IMG/VR virus record: IMGVR_UViG_3300034095_000847
Strand: one strand, 5' to 3'
Source of the DNA: a virus
DNA length: 64,000 bases
The position numbers and the translations under genes were made by a program. Of this stretch, positions 27,992 through 38,405 are shown one piece after another. The notes under the pieces were generated by a model. That model was not told the DNA's origin and made no database searches. It saw only the letters and a list, made by a program, of their open reading frames with translations. The stretch's first letter is position 1, and each line of letters begins with the position of its first letter.

Positions 27992-28783
27992 ATGTCCAGC
28001 ACAAATATATATTCAATATATCTTATAACAAATTTAATCAATAATAAGAAATATATTGGTTATACATCAAATAAATTAGGTCATAGATTTAATGACCATT
28101 GTAAAACTACCAAACCAAAATATCAAGAAAGATCTCCTTTATCTTTTGCTATTGAAAAATATGGCAAACACAATTTTTCTTATAATGTTATTTTGCAATC
28201 TAATGATTATGAATATTGCAGATTAATAGAAACTGATTTTATTATTCAATATAATTCATTGACTTCTACTCAAGGAGGTCATGGTTATAATATAGATAAA
28301 GGCGGAAGGGGTCATAAAAGATCACCTGAAACTATTGAAAAACATAGACAAAAAATAAAAGGTAGACCTCAATCAGAAGAACATAAACTAAAAAAAGGGT
28401 TTAAATCGGGTAATCAAAGTGGTAAAAAAAATAAAGGTAAGACTCGTACAGAAGAGCAAAGAAAAACATATAGTGAAATGATGAAAAATAATATATCATC
28501 TGGAAAAAGATTAGCTTGTGGGGTTGACAGAGATTGGAAAAATGACTATCCAGAATCATTAAAAAAGATGAAACAAACAAAATATAATAATAGAATAATA
28601 AACAATAAATTTAAAAATGTAGTAATTAAAAATATAATAACACAAGAATTACATCAACTAAACCATAATTATCAAGATTTCTTTAAAGAACATAACTTAA
28701 ATAATTTTATGGCTAAATGTATAAAAAATAATGCATGTAATATAAAAGGTTTTATGTTAGTTTCTTATGAATTAAATGGATAA
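27992..28783 (+). CDS. free-standing GIY-YIG homing endonuclease (Seg-like)
   Basis: SIYLITNLINNKKYIGYT...RFNDH...GYNI; NUMOD3-like repeats (RSPETIEK, SEEHKLK, RTEEQRK). Confidence 0.88.
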   Translation: MSSTNIYSIYLITNLINNKKYIGYTSNKLGHRFNDHCKTTKPKYQERSPLSFAIEKYGKHNFSYNVILQSNDYEYCRLIETDFIIQYNSLTSTQGGHGYNIDKGGRGHKRSPETIEKHRQKIKGRPQSEEHKLKKGFKSGNQSGKKNKGKTRTEEQRKTYSEMMKNNISSGKRLACGVDRDWKNDYPESLKKMKQTKYNNRIINNKFKNVVIKNIITQELHQLNHNYQDFFKEHNLNNFMAKCIKNNACNIKGFMLVSYELNG

Positions 28784-28788
28784 TTAGT

Positions 28789-28810
28789 GGGGCCGAAAGG
28801 CCCCTTTTTT
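28789..28810 (+). terminator. rho-independent terminator
   Basis: GGGGCC-GAAA-GGCCCC-TTTTTT. Confidence 0.9.
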
Positions 28811-28856
28811 ATGTCAGAAATATATAATAAATAGTAAAACACTATCAGGTACTATA

Positions 28857-29387
28857 ATGGCAATAACAACTACATGTCCGTTTCCAACAAATATAAATCC
28901 ACTATCAAGTAATGGGTTTAATTTTTCTATTTCAAAATTACCGGAAGTATCATTCTTTTGTCAAGAAATTAATCTTCCAGGTATGTCTTTACCTACATTT
29001 GAAGTGAACACTCCTTTATCGGCTTTGCCATTTAGTGGGGAAATACTTTCATTTGAAGATCTAAATATACAGTTTATTATAGATCAAAATATGAGTAATT
29101 ATATTGCTGTATATAATTGGATGATAGGACTTGGTTTTCCAGAAGATAATAATCAATTTACTGATTTTATTAATTTACAAGATACAGGGTATAGTAGAAC
29201 AAGTAAAGAATATTCTGATGCTACTTTGCAAATATTAGGAAGTAATAATCTACCGGTAAAAACTGTAAAGTTTATAGATATTCTACCATTGAATTTAAGT
29301 TCAATGAATTTTCTATCTACAAATACAGATGTATCATATTTAGTTGGGAATGTAACATTTAAAATAAGTAGATACGAATTTATATAA
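28857..29387 (+). CDS. gp3: tail tube terminator gp3
   Basis: NPLSSNGFNF...FFCQEINLPG...NYIAVYNWM...SDATLQIL. Confidence 0.85.
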   Translation: MAITTTCPFPTNINPLSSNGFNFSISKLPEVSFFCQEINLPGMSLPTFEVNTPLSALPFSGEILSFEDLNIQFIIDQNMSNYIAVYNWMIGLGFPEDNNQFTDFINLQDTGYSRTSKEYSDATLQILGSNNLPVKTVKFIDILPLNLSSMNFLSTNTDVSYLVGNVTFKISRYEFI

Positions 29388-29401
29388 TTTTTGAGGATAT
29401 T

Positions 29402-29842
29402 ATGGCTACAATTGATGAACTTTTATCAGAATGGGATGACGATTCTGTAATGGACGACAATCATATCTCGAATGAATCCATTCGAGTTCCAAAGTTGCAT
29501 GCTAAGTATATAAGATATTTAATGCAGGCAAAACTTAAAGTTACAAAATATAATAATGATTATAATGTTCTAAAAAAGACTAAGTTTAGATACTATAGAG
29601 GCGAACTTTCAAGAGAAGAATTGTCTACCTTGCAATGGGAACAATGGTTAGGTGTCAAACCTATGAAGAATGAGATGGATCAATTTCTTGATGGTGACAC
29701 TGATCTTAACAATATGAAAGTTAAAATAGAATATTTACAAACTATGAGTTACCTACTTGAATCTATCCTAGGTCAAATAAAAGCTAGAGATTGGCAATTA
29801 AAAACCGTTCTAGAACATAAAAAGTTTTTAGCTGGAAATTAA
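29402..29842 (+). CDS. uvsY: recombination mediator UvsY
   Basis: ESIRVPKLHAKY...RYYRGE...IKARDWQLK. Confidence 0.9.
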   Translation: MATIDELLSEWDDDSVMDDNHISNESIRVPKLHAKYIRYLMQAKLKVTKYNNDYNVLKKTKFRYYRGELSREELSTLQWEQWLGVKPMKNEMDQFLDGDTDLNNMKVKIEYLQTMSYLLESILGQIKARDWQLKTVLEHKKFLAGN

Positions 29843-29847
29843 AAATA

Positions 29848-29923
29848 TATAAATAAGTATAGGTCACGGAACTGCAATTCCTACCTATTCTAAACATTCT
29901 AACAACTATTACAAGGAACAGTT
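29848..29923 (+). promoter_or_regulatory. late promoter (TATAAATA) plus structured leader of endonuclease gene, copy 2
   Basis: Homologous to 27917-27991. Confidence 0.78.
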
Positions 29924-30616
29924 ATGTCCAGCGAAACTATATATCAAGAAATAATTCCAACATATCTCTATATAAAACAACATTCAATTACTGGTCTAAA
30001 ATACTTTGGTAAAACAACCAATGATCCTTATACCTATAATGGATCTGGAGTTTATTGGAATGATCATATTAAAAAGCATGGTAAAGAACATATAGTTACA
30101 TTATGGGTGTCTAATCTATTTCATGATAAATCTATTGTTGATTATGCTTTACATTTCTCAGAAGAGAACAATATTGTAGAATCCAAAGAATGGGCAAACC
30201 AAAAACCAGAAAATGGTTTAGAAGGCGGGGCAACTACTAATGGAAAAATATGGATTAATAATGGTGTAACTAATTTGTATATACATAAATATGATCTTAT
30301 ACCACTAGGTTATAAAAAAGGAAGATTGTGCAAATTTAATGACCCTAATTTTCAAAGGGAAATGTCTTCTAAGGTAGATAGGATTAAACAATCAAATGCT
30401 ATGAAACAAAAATGGAATGAAGGAACGTTTATTAGAGATCATTCTAAATGTGGTAAAAAAGGTGCAGATAATGTCTCAAAAAGACCTGAAGTTAGAAATA
30501 AACTGTCTATAGTCGCTAAAAATAGACCCCTGATAACGTGTCCGCATTGTACTAAAATAGGAATAACCTCTCCTGGAATGTTTAAACACCATTTTGATAA
30601 TTGTAAAAATAAATGA
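29924..30616 (+). CDS. free-standing GIY-YIG-type homing endonuclease (Seg-like)
   Basis: YLYIKQHSITGLKYFGKT...YNGSGVYW; WINNG motif; C-terminal CPHC...HFDNC. Confidence 0.82.
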   Translation: MSSETIYQEIIPTYLYIKQHSITGLKYFGKTTNDPYTYNGSGVYWNDHIKKHGKEHIVTLWVSNLFHDKSIVDYALHFSEENNIVESKEWANQKPENGLEGGATTNGKIWINNGVTNLYIHKYDLIPLGYKKGRLCKFNDPNFQREMSSKVDRIKQSNAMKQKWNEGTFIRDHSKCGKKGADNVSKRPEVRNKLSIVAKNRPLITCPHCTKIGITSPGMFKHHFDNCKNK

Positions 30617-32100
30617 TTAAAGTTGAAAAATTTAATGAATCTTATATTAGAATATTTTCTGATAAATCCATTGAACAAGAACTATCTGATTTCTTTAAAT
30701 TTAGAGTTAAAGGATATCAATATATGCCAGCATATAAAGCTGGCATGTTTGATGGGTTTGTTAGACTGTATAACCTGCAAACTAAAACTCTTTATGCTGG
30801 TTTATTACAGTATGTTAAAGAATTTGCAAATAGAAATGATTATGAATTAACTATTGGCAAAGGTATAGAGAATTCAAATACATATTCTGAAAAAGATATT
30901 CAATTATTTGCAGATAGTCTTAATTTATCTGCTAGAGGTCAACCTATATCACTTAGAGATTATCAAGTAGATGCTCTTTTAAAAGCTCTTAATAGAAATA
31001 GAGTAACATTATTAAGTCCTACCGCTTCAGGTAAATCCGGTATTTTGTATGCTATAATGAGATGGCATCTAAATGCAAATAGAAAATTACTTCTGATAGT
31101 ACCTAATACCATGCTTGTTGAACAAATGTATTCAGATTTTGCCGATTATTCAAGCGCAAATGGATTTGATGTTGAACATAATGTACAAAAACTATATTCA
31201 GGATTTACAAAGGATTTTACTAAAAATGTTCTTATCTCTACATGGCAATCATTAATTACTATAAAACAAAAATCCTTTTATCAGCAATTTGATGTGGCTA
31301 TGGTTGATGAATGTCATCTTGCTAAAGCTGCTTCTATATCTGGTATTATGGAAAAATGTGTTAATACCAAATACAGGATTGGGGCTACAGGTACTATTGA
31401 CGAAAGTTCTAAAACTAATAAACTAACACTTGAAGGATTATTTGGACCAGTATATCAGGTAACTACAACCAAAAAATTAATGGATGAAGGTTCAGTAGTT
31501 AATCTAAAAATCAAGCAATTAATTCTTAAATATGATGAAGAAACATGTAAGATGTTTAAAGGTACTGAGTATATTAAAGAACTTGATTGGTTAGTTACAA
31601 ATCCTGTCAGAAATAAATTTATACGGAATTTAGCAATATCTACTACAGGCAATACTCTAGTACTTTTCAACTATGTACAAAAACATGGCAAAGTAATATA
31701 TGAAGATATAAAAAATAAAGTACATCAAGATAGACCTGTATTTTATATTCATGGAGGAGTTGATACAAAAGATCGTGAAGAAATTAGAAATGTATGCAGT
31801 AAATATAATAATGCAATAATAGTAGCCTCGTACGCGACTATGAGTACAGGTACTAATATGCCTTCAATAGAAAATATTATATTTGCTCATCCTTCAAAAT
31901 CTAAAATAAGAAATCTTCAATCTATTGGTAGAGGTCTACGTTTAAATGATGGTAAAAATGAATGCCGGCTTTTTGATTTAGTTGATGATCTACATTGGAA
32001 GTCTTGGAAGAATACCACGTTAACCCATGGCATAGAGAGATATAAGATATATATTACGGAGCAGTTTTTAGTTAACATAGTTGAAGTGGTGTTGAAATGA
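30613..32100 (+). CDS. uvsW: DNA helicase UvsW
   Basis: LRDYQ, SPTASGKS, DECH, LQSIGRGLR. Confidence 0.95.
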   Translation: MIKVEKFNESYIRIFSDKSIEQELSDFFKFRVKGYQYMPAYKAGMFDGFVRLYNLQTKTLYAGLLQYVKEFANRNDYELTIGKGIENSNTYSEKDIQLFADSLNLSARGQPISLRDYQVDALLKALNRNRVTLLSPTASGKSGILYAIMRWHLNANRKLLLIVPNTMLVEQMYSDFADYSSANGFDVEHNVQKLYSGFTKDFTKNVLISTWQSLITIKQKSFYQQFDVAMVDECHLAKAASISGIMEKCVNTKYRIGATGTIDESSKTNKLTLEGLFGPVYQVTTTKKLMDEGSVVNLKIKQLILKYDEETCKMFKGTEYIKELDWLVTNPVRNKFIRNLAISTTGNTLVLFNYVQKHGKVIYEDIKNKVHQDRPVFYIHGGVDTKDREEIRNVCSKYNNAIIVASYATMSTGTNMPSIENIIFAHPSKSKIRNLQSIGRGLRLNDGKNECRLFDLVDDLHWKSWKNTTLTHGIERYKIYITEQFLVNIVEVVLK

Positions 32101-32459
32101 TTGAGCATGAATATATTACCTTAAAGTTAGTTAATGGAGATAACGTCATATGTGTAAAAATAGGTGAGGATGATCATAAATTTATAATTATGTACCCTAT
32201 CCAAATGAAAACCGTCAACTTTGATTTTGAAGGTAAAAATAAAGAAGTATTAGCCGGTTCTCCTTGGTGTTCTTTTACAGATGAACAAATCTTTACAATA
32301 TGGAAAGATGATGTCATAATCATTAAACCTTTAAATGAATCTACTATTGAATACTATAAACGTCTTATAGATGTTCAAATAGGTCAATTAGTATTACCTG
32401 AAGAGGAATATGATTTAGAAACAATTAGTTTTAATCTATCTAATGAAACAATACATTAA
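32097..32459 (+). CDS. hypothetical protein (Sm-like fold suspected)
   Basis: TLKLVNGDNVIC; lies between uvsW and gp55. Confidence 0.6.
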   Translation: MIEHEYITLKLVNGDNVICVKIGEDDHKFIIMYPIQMKTVNFDFEGKNKEVLAGSPWCSFTDEQIFTIWKDDVIIIKPLNESTIEYYKRLIDVQIGQLVLPEEEYDLETISFNLSNETIH

Positions 32460-32593
32460 CCTAGAAAAACCTGGTATAACCAGTATATCACAAAAGTAAA
32501 CAGTTGTAAACAGTAAAATAAAAATATATTTTAATGTACTTTTTATCAATCATAGGATATAATAGTTCTATATTATAAATTGAGGGAGTAGAA

Positions 32594-33133
32594 ATGAGCA
32601 AGAAACTAAATTATATTAATAATGAAGAATTCTTTGTAGCTATGCAAGAACGTATTGCTTTAGTTAAGGATTGTGAATCAAAGGGAATTCCCAAACCTAG
32701 AATCTCTGAATATATTGGTGGATGTATATTTAAGATTGCTACTAATTTCTCCAATCTTAGAAGCTTTAATGGATATTCATTTAAAGAGGATATGATTCTT
32801 GATGGAGTAGAAAATTGTTTAAAGGTTATTGATAATTTTGATGAGAATAAAACACATAATCCTTTTTCCTATTTTACTCAAATTGTTTATTTTGCGTTTC
32901 TACGTAGAATAGCAAAAGAGAAACGACAAGTCTATATTAGAAGCAAACTACTTACCTCAAATGCTTTAGATCTTACTGAACTACAAGCTCATGATGAACA
33001 GGGAGATTTCACTAATAATTATATTGAATACATGAAAGCATATAATAATTTTGATGGTTCTTCATTTGAAAAACCTAAAAAGGAAAAGATTAAAAAAGAA
33101 GTGTACTCACCTTTAGAAGATTTTTATAATTAA
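32594..33133 (+). CDS. gp55: late-transcription sigma factor gp55
   Basis: YINNEEF...EDMILDGVENCL...NPFSYFTQIVYFAFLRRIAKEK. Confidence 0.95.
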   Translation: MSKKLNYINNEEFFVAMQERIALVKDCESKGIPKPRISEYIGGCIFKIATNFSNLRSFNGYSFKEDMILDGVENCLKVIDNFDENKTHNPFSYFTQIVYFAFLRRIAKEKRQVYIRSKLLTSNALDLTELQAHDEQGDFTNNYIEYMKAYNNFDGSSFEKPKKEKIKKEVYSPLEDFYN

Positions 33134-33151
33134 TTATTGAGAGAATATATT

Positions 33152-33334
33152 ATGAATGAAGTTATAAAGCAATATCGTTTATTTGATGAAGAATCTAAAA
33201 GATGGGAAGATTGGAAAACTTTAGAAAATTATGAAAAAGAACATACAATCAAGTATGCAATAGCTCAAGGATGTAAGTGCCAACTTAAAACATTTGAACA
33301 AACAAGTATTGAAGGTTGGGGGTTGAATGAATAA
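33152..33334 (+). CDS. hypothetical protein
   Basis: Short ORF overlapping the gp47 start. Confidence 0.5.
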   Translation: MNEVIKQYRLFDEESKRWEDWKTLENYEKEHTIKYAIAQGCKCQLKTFEQTSIEGWGLNE

Positions 33335-34385
33335 GGTTTGTTTAATAACTGACCAGCATTTCGGAGCTAGAACAGGTTCTACAATTATAATTGACCATCA
33401 ACGTAAATTTTATGAAGAGGTATTCTTTCCATATCTTTCTAAAAATAATATTGACACAGTTATTATTTTAGGTGATACTTTTGATACTCGTAAATTTACT
33501 AACAATTATGTTATAGAACAAAGTAAATTATTTTTCTTTAATCAATTAAAAGACAGAAATATAACTGTCTATATGATAGTTGGTAATCATGATATCTATT
33601 TTAAACAAACCATTTATCCAAACACTCCTAGTTTGTTATTGGCAGAATATGATAATATTAGTCTTATAGAATATGCTCAAACTGTTTCTATCAAAGGTAT
33701 TGATGTTGCAATGATACCTTGGATCTGTAATGATAATTATGAAGAATGTTATGAAGAGATTAGAAGTTCACTATCTGATATCTGTATGGGTCATTTCGAG
33801 ATAGGTGGATTTCAAATGTATCGTGGCGTAGAATCCCATGGAGGCATGTCAAGTTTAATGTTTGATCGATATGACAAAACCTTCTCAGGTCATTATCATC
33901 ATAGGTCTACCAAGAACAATATTACCTATCTTGGAACTCCATATGAGATTACTTGGCAAGATTACGCTGATCCAAAAGGATTTCATATGTTTGATCTTGC
34001 AACACGAGAACTTGAATTTATTGAGAATCCAAATAAATTATTTGTGAAACTAGAATATAATGATTTAAACCAAGAACCAGTTGATCTAAGTAATATAGAT
34101 ATTAAAGACACTTATGTTAAACTTATAGTGGTTAACAAAACTGATTATTACAAATATGACACATTCTTGACTAAATTATATAATAAAGGTGCTCATGAAA
34201 TTAAGATTATTGAAGACATTGGAGACTTCTCTTCAGGTGAACTATCTGATGATATTAAATTAGAAGATACACAATCTGTTTTAAACCATTATATTGAATC
34301 TATAGAGACTGATATAGAAACATCAAAGATAAAATCTTATGTGCAGTCTTTATATACAGAAGCATTAAATAGTGAAATTGCATAA
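33327..34385 (+). CDS. gp47: recombination nuclease gp47 (Mre11/SbcD-like)
   Basis: TDQHFG, LGDTFD, VGNHD, GHFE, SGHYH. Confidence 0.95.
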   Translation: MNKVCLITDQHFGARTGSTIIIDHQRKFYEEVFFPYLSKNNIDTVIILGDTFDTRKFTNNYVIEQSKLFFFNQLKDRNITVYMIVGNHDIYFKQTIYPNTPSLLLAEYDNISLIEYAQTVSIKGIDVAMIPWICNDNYEECYEEIRSSLSDICMGHFEIGGFQMYRGVESHGGMSSLMFDRYDKTFSGHYHHRSTKNNITYLGTPYEITWQDYADPKGFHMFDLATRELEFIENPNKLFVKLEYNDLNQEPVDLSNIDIKDTYVKLIVVNKTDYYKYDTFLTKLYNKGAHEIKIIEDIGDFSSGELSDDIKLEDTQSVLNHYIESIETDIETSKIKSYVQSLYTEALNSEIA

Positions 34386-36103
34386 TGTCTACATTACATT
34401 TTAAGTACATTAGTTACAAAAACTTTCTATCGACAGGTAATGTTGAAAATAAAATCCTATTAGATAAGTCAAGAACTACCTTGATTATGGGTAAAAATGG
34501 TGATGGCAAATCTACCATACTTGATGCCATAACATTTTGTTTATTTGGTAAACCTTTCCGTGATATTAAATTAGGCCAGTTAGTTAACTCTATTAATGGC
34601 AAACAACTATTAGTAACATGTGAATTCCTTATTGGTATTAAATCTTACAAGATTATCCGTGGAATAAAGCCCGGTATATTTGAGATATATTGTAATGATG
34701 TCTTATTGAATCAAGAAGCGGCAAATAAAGATTACCAAAAGATTTTAGAACAACAGATACTTAGACTTAACTATAAAACCTTTACACAGGTAGTTATTCT
34801 AGGTTCAGCATCTTTTGTTCCATTCATGCAACTTAAATCTAGTCAACGTAGAGAAGTTGTTGAAGATATTTTGGATATCCGTATCTTCTCGGTAATGAAT
34901 CAAATATTGAAGGATCGTGTAGCATCAACAAAAGATTCTATCGCAAGATTAGAATCAGATATTAAAATAGCACGAGCAAAAGTTGAGTCTCAGACTGCTA
35001 TAATTTCAGCAATGAATAATGCAAAGTCTGATACTGTTAGATTATTATTGGATAAAATTACTAAAAATGATCATCAAATTGAGCAATCACAAGTAACTTC
35101 CGATTTACTAGCAGCAGAACTAGTTCATTTAAGAGAAAAGATTAGTGACAAAGATAAACTTGATGAAGATATTCAAGGTGTTAATAGGTTACTTAGCAAA
35201 GTTACTGCAATCCATAATCATCATGTAACACACAAACATTTCTTTTGCGAAAATGATGTATGTTCAACGTGTTCACAGGAAATTACCGATGAATATAAAC
35301 AAATAGTAGTTGCAGATATTCAATCTAAAATAGATGAGGAAGATTCTAAACTCCAAGCTTTGGAAAAAGCTTATGCTAATCTAAAAGAATCTTTGAAAAA
35401 TATTCAACTAATACAAAATAATATTACCGATAAAAATATTGAGTTATCGACAACAAATAGTACTATCACTCTATTGAATAGACAAAACTCTCAGTTCCTT
35501 ACAGAGATTGAAGGTGTAGAACAAAATACTACAAACGTAGATGAAGAGAAACGTAAATTAAAAGAACTTGCAAATAGTACTATAGAACAAATAACTGAGA
35601 AAACCTCCTTGATGGAACTTAGAGGGTTACAAGATATTTCAAATCAGTTGCTTAAAGATACTGGAATTAAGACTGCTATTATCCGTGAGTATCTACCTGT
35701 AATGAATACTTTGATTAATAAGTATCTTGCAATTATGGACACGTATATTAAGTTTGAATTAGATGAGTCATTCAATGAAACTATTAAGTCAAGATTTCGA
35801 GATGAGTTTACATATGCATCATTTTCTGAAGGAGAAAAACGTAAACTTGATGTGGCAATCCTATTTGCTTGGAGACAAATAGCTAGACTTAAGAATTCAG
35901 TCAATACTAATTTGTTAATATTAGATGAGATTTTCGATTCGTCTCTGGATTCTAGTGCTACAGATTTATTGCTTCAATTACTAGATGAAGTCTCGAAGGA
36001 CACAAATGTATTTGTCATCAGTCATAAAGGGGACATATTAAATGACAAATTTCATTCAATCCTGAAGGTGGAAAAACGCAATGAATTTTCAGTCATAGTT
36101 TGA
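34385..36103 (+). CDS. gp46: recombination ATPase gp46 (Rad50/SbcC-like)
   Basis: GKNGDGKST, CSTC hook, FSEGEK, LILDE. Confidence 0.95.
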   Translation: MSTLHFKYISYKNFLSTGNVENKILLDKSRTTLIMGKNGDGKSTILDAITFCLFGKPFRDIKLGQLVNSINGKQLLVTCEFLIGIKSYKIIRGIKPGIFEIYCNDVLLNQEAANKDYQKILEQQILRLNYKTFTQVVILGSASFVPFMQLKSSQRREVVEDILDIRIFSVMNQILKDRVASTKDSIARLESDIKIARAKVESQTAIISAMNNAKSDTVRLLLDKITKNDHQIEQSQVTSDLLAAELVHLREKISDKDKLDEDIQGVNRLLSKVTAIHNHHVTHKHFFCENDVCSTCSQEITDEYKQIVVADIQSKIDEEDSKLQALEKAYANLKESLKNIQLIQNNITDKNIELSTTNSTITLLNRQNSQFLTEIEGVEQNTTNVDEEKRKLKELANSTIEQITEKTSLMELRGLQDISNQLLKDTGIKTAIIREYLPVMNTLINKYLAIMDTYIKFELDESFNETIKSRFRDEFTYASFSEGEKRKLDVAILFAWRQIARLKNSVNTNLLILDEIFDSSLDSSATDLLLQLLDEVSKDTNVFVISHKGDILNDKFHSILKVEKRNEFSVIV

Positions 36104-36297
36104 TTCTAACATATTGATTCTATTTAATAAAGTGAAAAAATAATGCGTTCGGTGCACACCTTTTTATTTTAAGGGTGATATATCTACCATATTGTGCAAA
36201 AAACCCACTTTTTCATAAAAATAGTATATTATAATCAATAACTTAGAAGTGCACTTTTTCACACTCTAGGATAATTTTAAAATACTGAAAATAAATA

Positions 36298-36345
36298 TAT
36301 ACATTTACAGAAAAGGTGATATAATAGACTCATAAATTTAAAAAG
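36298..36345 (+). promoter_or_regulatory. early (sigma70-type) promoter cassette
   Basis: TATACA-N16-TATAAT followed by AGACTCATAAATT, shared with the cassettes at 38406, 53953, 55859 and 56454. Confidence 0.7.
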
Positions 36346-36358
36346 TGAGAATTATAAT

Positions 36359-38389
36359 ATGAAAACCCTTGATTTAACCGCAAAACTTCTTGCTAATGAA
36401 AATGTATCAATAATAAGAGCTGCAGTTAAAACTGCTTCTTTCAATGTCAAATCTAGACAACTAACTCTACCTATCTTTAAAGATATGACTTCTGAAATAG
36501 AAGAAATGTTGGTTGCTCATGAGACCGGTCATGCATTGTATACAACTATGGATATGATGGAAGCTTCAAAAGAAGATTACAAAATCCATGACTATATCAA
36601 TGTAGTTGAAGATGTTCGTATTGAAAAATTAATGAAACGTAAATATCCCGGTCTTAAAAAGACTATGATTGAGGGTTATAGACAACTTAATGAAAAGGAT
36701 TTCTTCGGTATAAGCAAGATTAAAAATGTAAGAACTCTTAACTTAATTGATAGAATTAACCTTTGGTTCAAAGTAGGTATTTCTTCTGGAGTTTCATTCT
36801 CTGAACAAGAAAAATTATTTGTTACTCGCGCAGAAAAAACTGAAACTTCCATTGAAGTTGTTCAATTAGCAAAAGATATTTATGAATTTTGTAAAAATGA
36901 ATTAGAAAACCCAGAAAGTAAAGATTCATCATTTAATAATGAAAATACTGAAGAATCTGAAGAGAATGAAAGTTATGAAGAATCTGAAGAGAATGAAAGT
37001 TATGAAGAATCTGAAGAGAATGAAACAAAATCTCCTGAAGAAATAGAAGAAGAATTAGAATCTAAAACTAATAAATCTTTAATGGAAAATTTAGATAATT
37101 CTGTAGATATGAATGCAGAATATAATTATTTAAGATTAGATACTGATTATGATCCTGATACAATAGTAGGTTATAAAACCATTTTATCTGAAACTGAAAC
37201 TGAACAAGAATTTATATTAAATCGTTGGGGTTATAAAGAAGATATTCCAAGAAGTGTTGATGCAGAATATATTAAATTCAAGTCAAATACATTGAAAACA
37301 GTTAATTATCTCATAAAAGAATTTGAGATGAAAAAAGCAGCAACTCAATATAAACGTAACCAAGTATCAAAATCAGGTTCATTGGATATGAAAAAGGTTT
37401 GGGGTTATCAATTGAATGATGATTTATTTAAAAGAATTACTACTACTCAAGATGGTAAAAAGCATGGAATGATCTTTTTGATAGATTGGTCAGGTTCTAT
37501 GAACGAAGTTATTGGAGATGTAATTCAACAAGTTACTACATTATCAATGTTTTGTCATAGATTGCAAATTCCATTTCAAGTATTAGCATTTTCTGATTAT
37601 TATTATAACTGTTATGATAATAAACCTTATTCTAATAGAAGAAAAGATAGATTTCAAAAAACTAGATTAGCTACAAATTTATTAAATAATGCAACTAAAG
37701 AATGTGCTTTATTGGAATTCTTTAGTCATAAAATGTCAAATAAAGATTTTAATGATATGGCTAAAAGACTGTTTAATACTTATAAGTTTACTAGAAAAAG
37801 TGAATACTCGTTAGGTGGAACTCCATTAAATGAAGCATTAGCTTATATGACTGATCATATAGGCAAATTTATGAATCAAAATAATGTGGAAAAGATGTCT
37901 TTTATTACATTAACTGATGGAGCAGGAAGTACTTTACGTGCTTATAATGCTCCACATTATGGTAAGAATTTCTTAGTCGATCCAATAACTAAAATAAATT
38001 ATGATTTTAGATATGATGCTACTGGACAAACTAATACTTTATTAAAAATGATAAAAGATAGATATAATGTTGCTAATATTGGTTTTTATGTTGCAGGTTC
38101 TTTAGGTCGTTCAGAAATTAATTCAGCTTCATTTAATAATGGTATAGATGATATAGATATCGACGAAGTAAGAAAAGAAGTTCGCCAAAATGGTTTTGCT
38201 TCTTTCAAAACTAAAGGTCGTGATGATTTATTATTAGTTCCTGCAAAGTCTTTGAGAATTAAAGATATAGAATTGGAAGTTTCAGGTAAACAATCAACTT
38301 CTTCTATTGCAAATAAGTTCACCAAAATGATGGAAGGACGTCAAGTGAACCGTTTATTATTGAATAAATTTATCAGTTACGTTGCCTAA
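36359..38389 (+). CDS. VWA-domain / metallopeptidase-like partner of a MoxR ATPase
   Basis: HETGH (HExxH), EDVRIE, acidic linker, MIDAS DWSGS, GGTPL, TDG. Confidence 0.8.
   Translation: MKTLDLTAKLLANENVSIIRAAVKTASFNVKSRQLTLPIFKDMTSEIEEMLVAHETGHALYTTMDMMEASKEDYKIHDYINVVEDVRIEKLMKRKYPGLKKTMIEGYRQLNEKDFFGISKIKNVRTLNLIDRINLWFKVGISSGVSFSEQEKLFVTRAEKTETSIEVVQLAKDIYEFCKNELENPESKDSSFNNENTEESEENESYEESEENESYEESEENETKSPEEIEEELESKTNKSLMENLDNSVDMNAEYNYLRLDTDYDPDTIVGYKTILSETETEQEFILNRWGYKEDIPRSVDAEYIKFKSNTLKTVNYLIKEFEMKKAATQYKRNQVSKSGSLDMKKVWGYQLNDDLFKRITTTQDGKKHGMIFLIDWSGSMNEVIGDVIQQVTTLSMFCHRLQIPFQVLAFSDYYYNCYDNKPYSNRRKDRFQKTRLATNLLNNATKECALLEFFSHKMSNKDFNDMAKRLFNTYKFTRKSEYSLGGTPLNEALAYMTDHIGKFMNQNNVEKMSFITLTDGAGSTLRAYNAPHYGKNFLVDPITKINYDFRYDATGQTNTLLKMIKDRYNVANIGFYVAGSLGRSEINSASFNNGIDDIDIDEVRKEVRQNGFASFKTKGRDDLLLVPAKSLRIKDIELEVSGKQSTSSIANKFTKMMEGRQVNRLLLNKFISYVA
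36950..37025 (+). repeat. 27-bp tandem repeat, about 2.8 copies (EESEENESY)
   Basis: GAAGAATCTGAAGAGAATGAAAGTTAT at 36950, 36977 and 37004 (partial). Confidence 0.9.
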
Positions 38390-38405
38390 AAAAGTGAAAA
38401 TAAAC

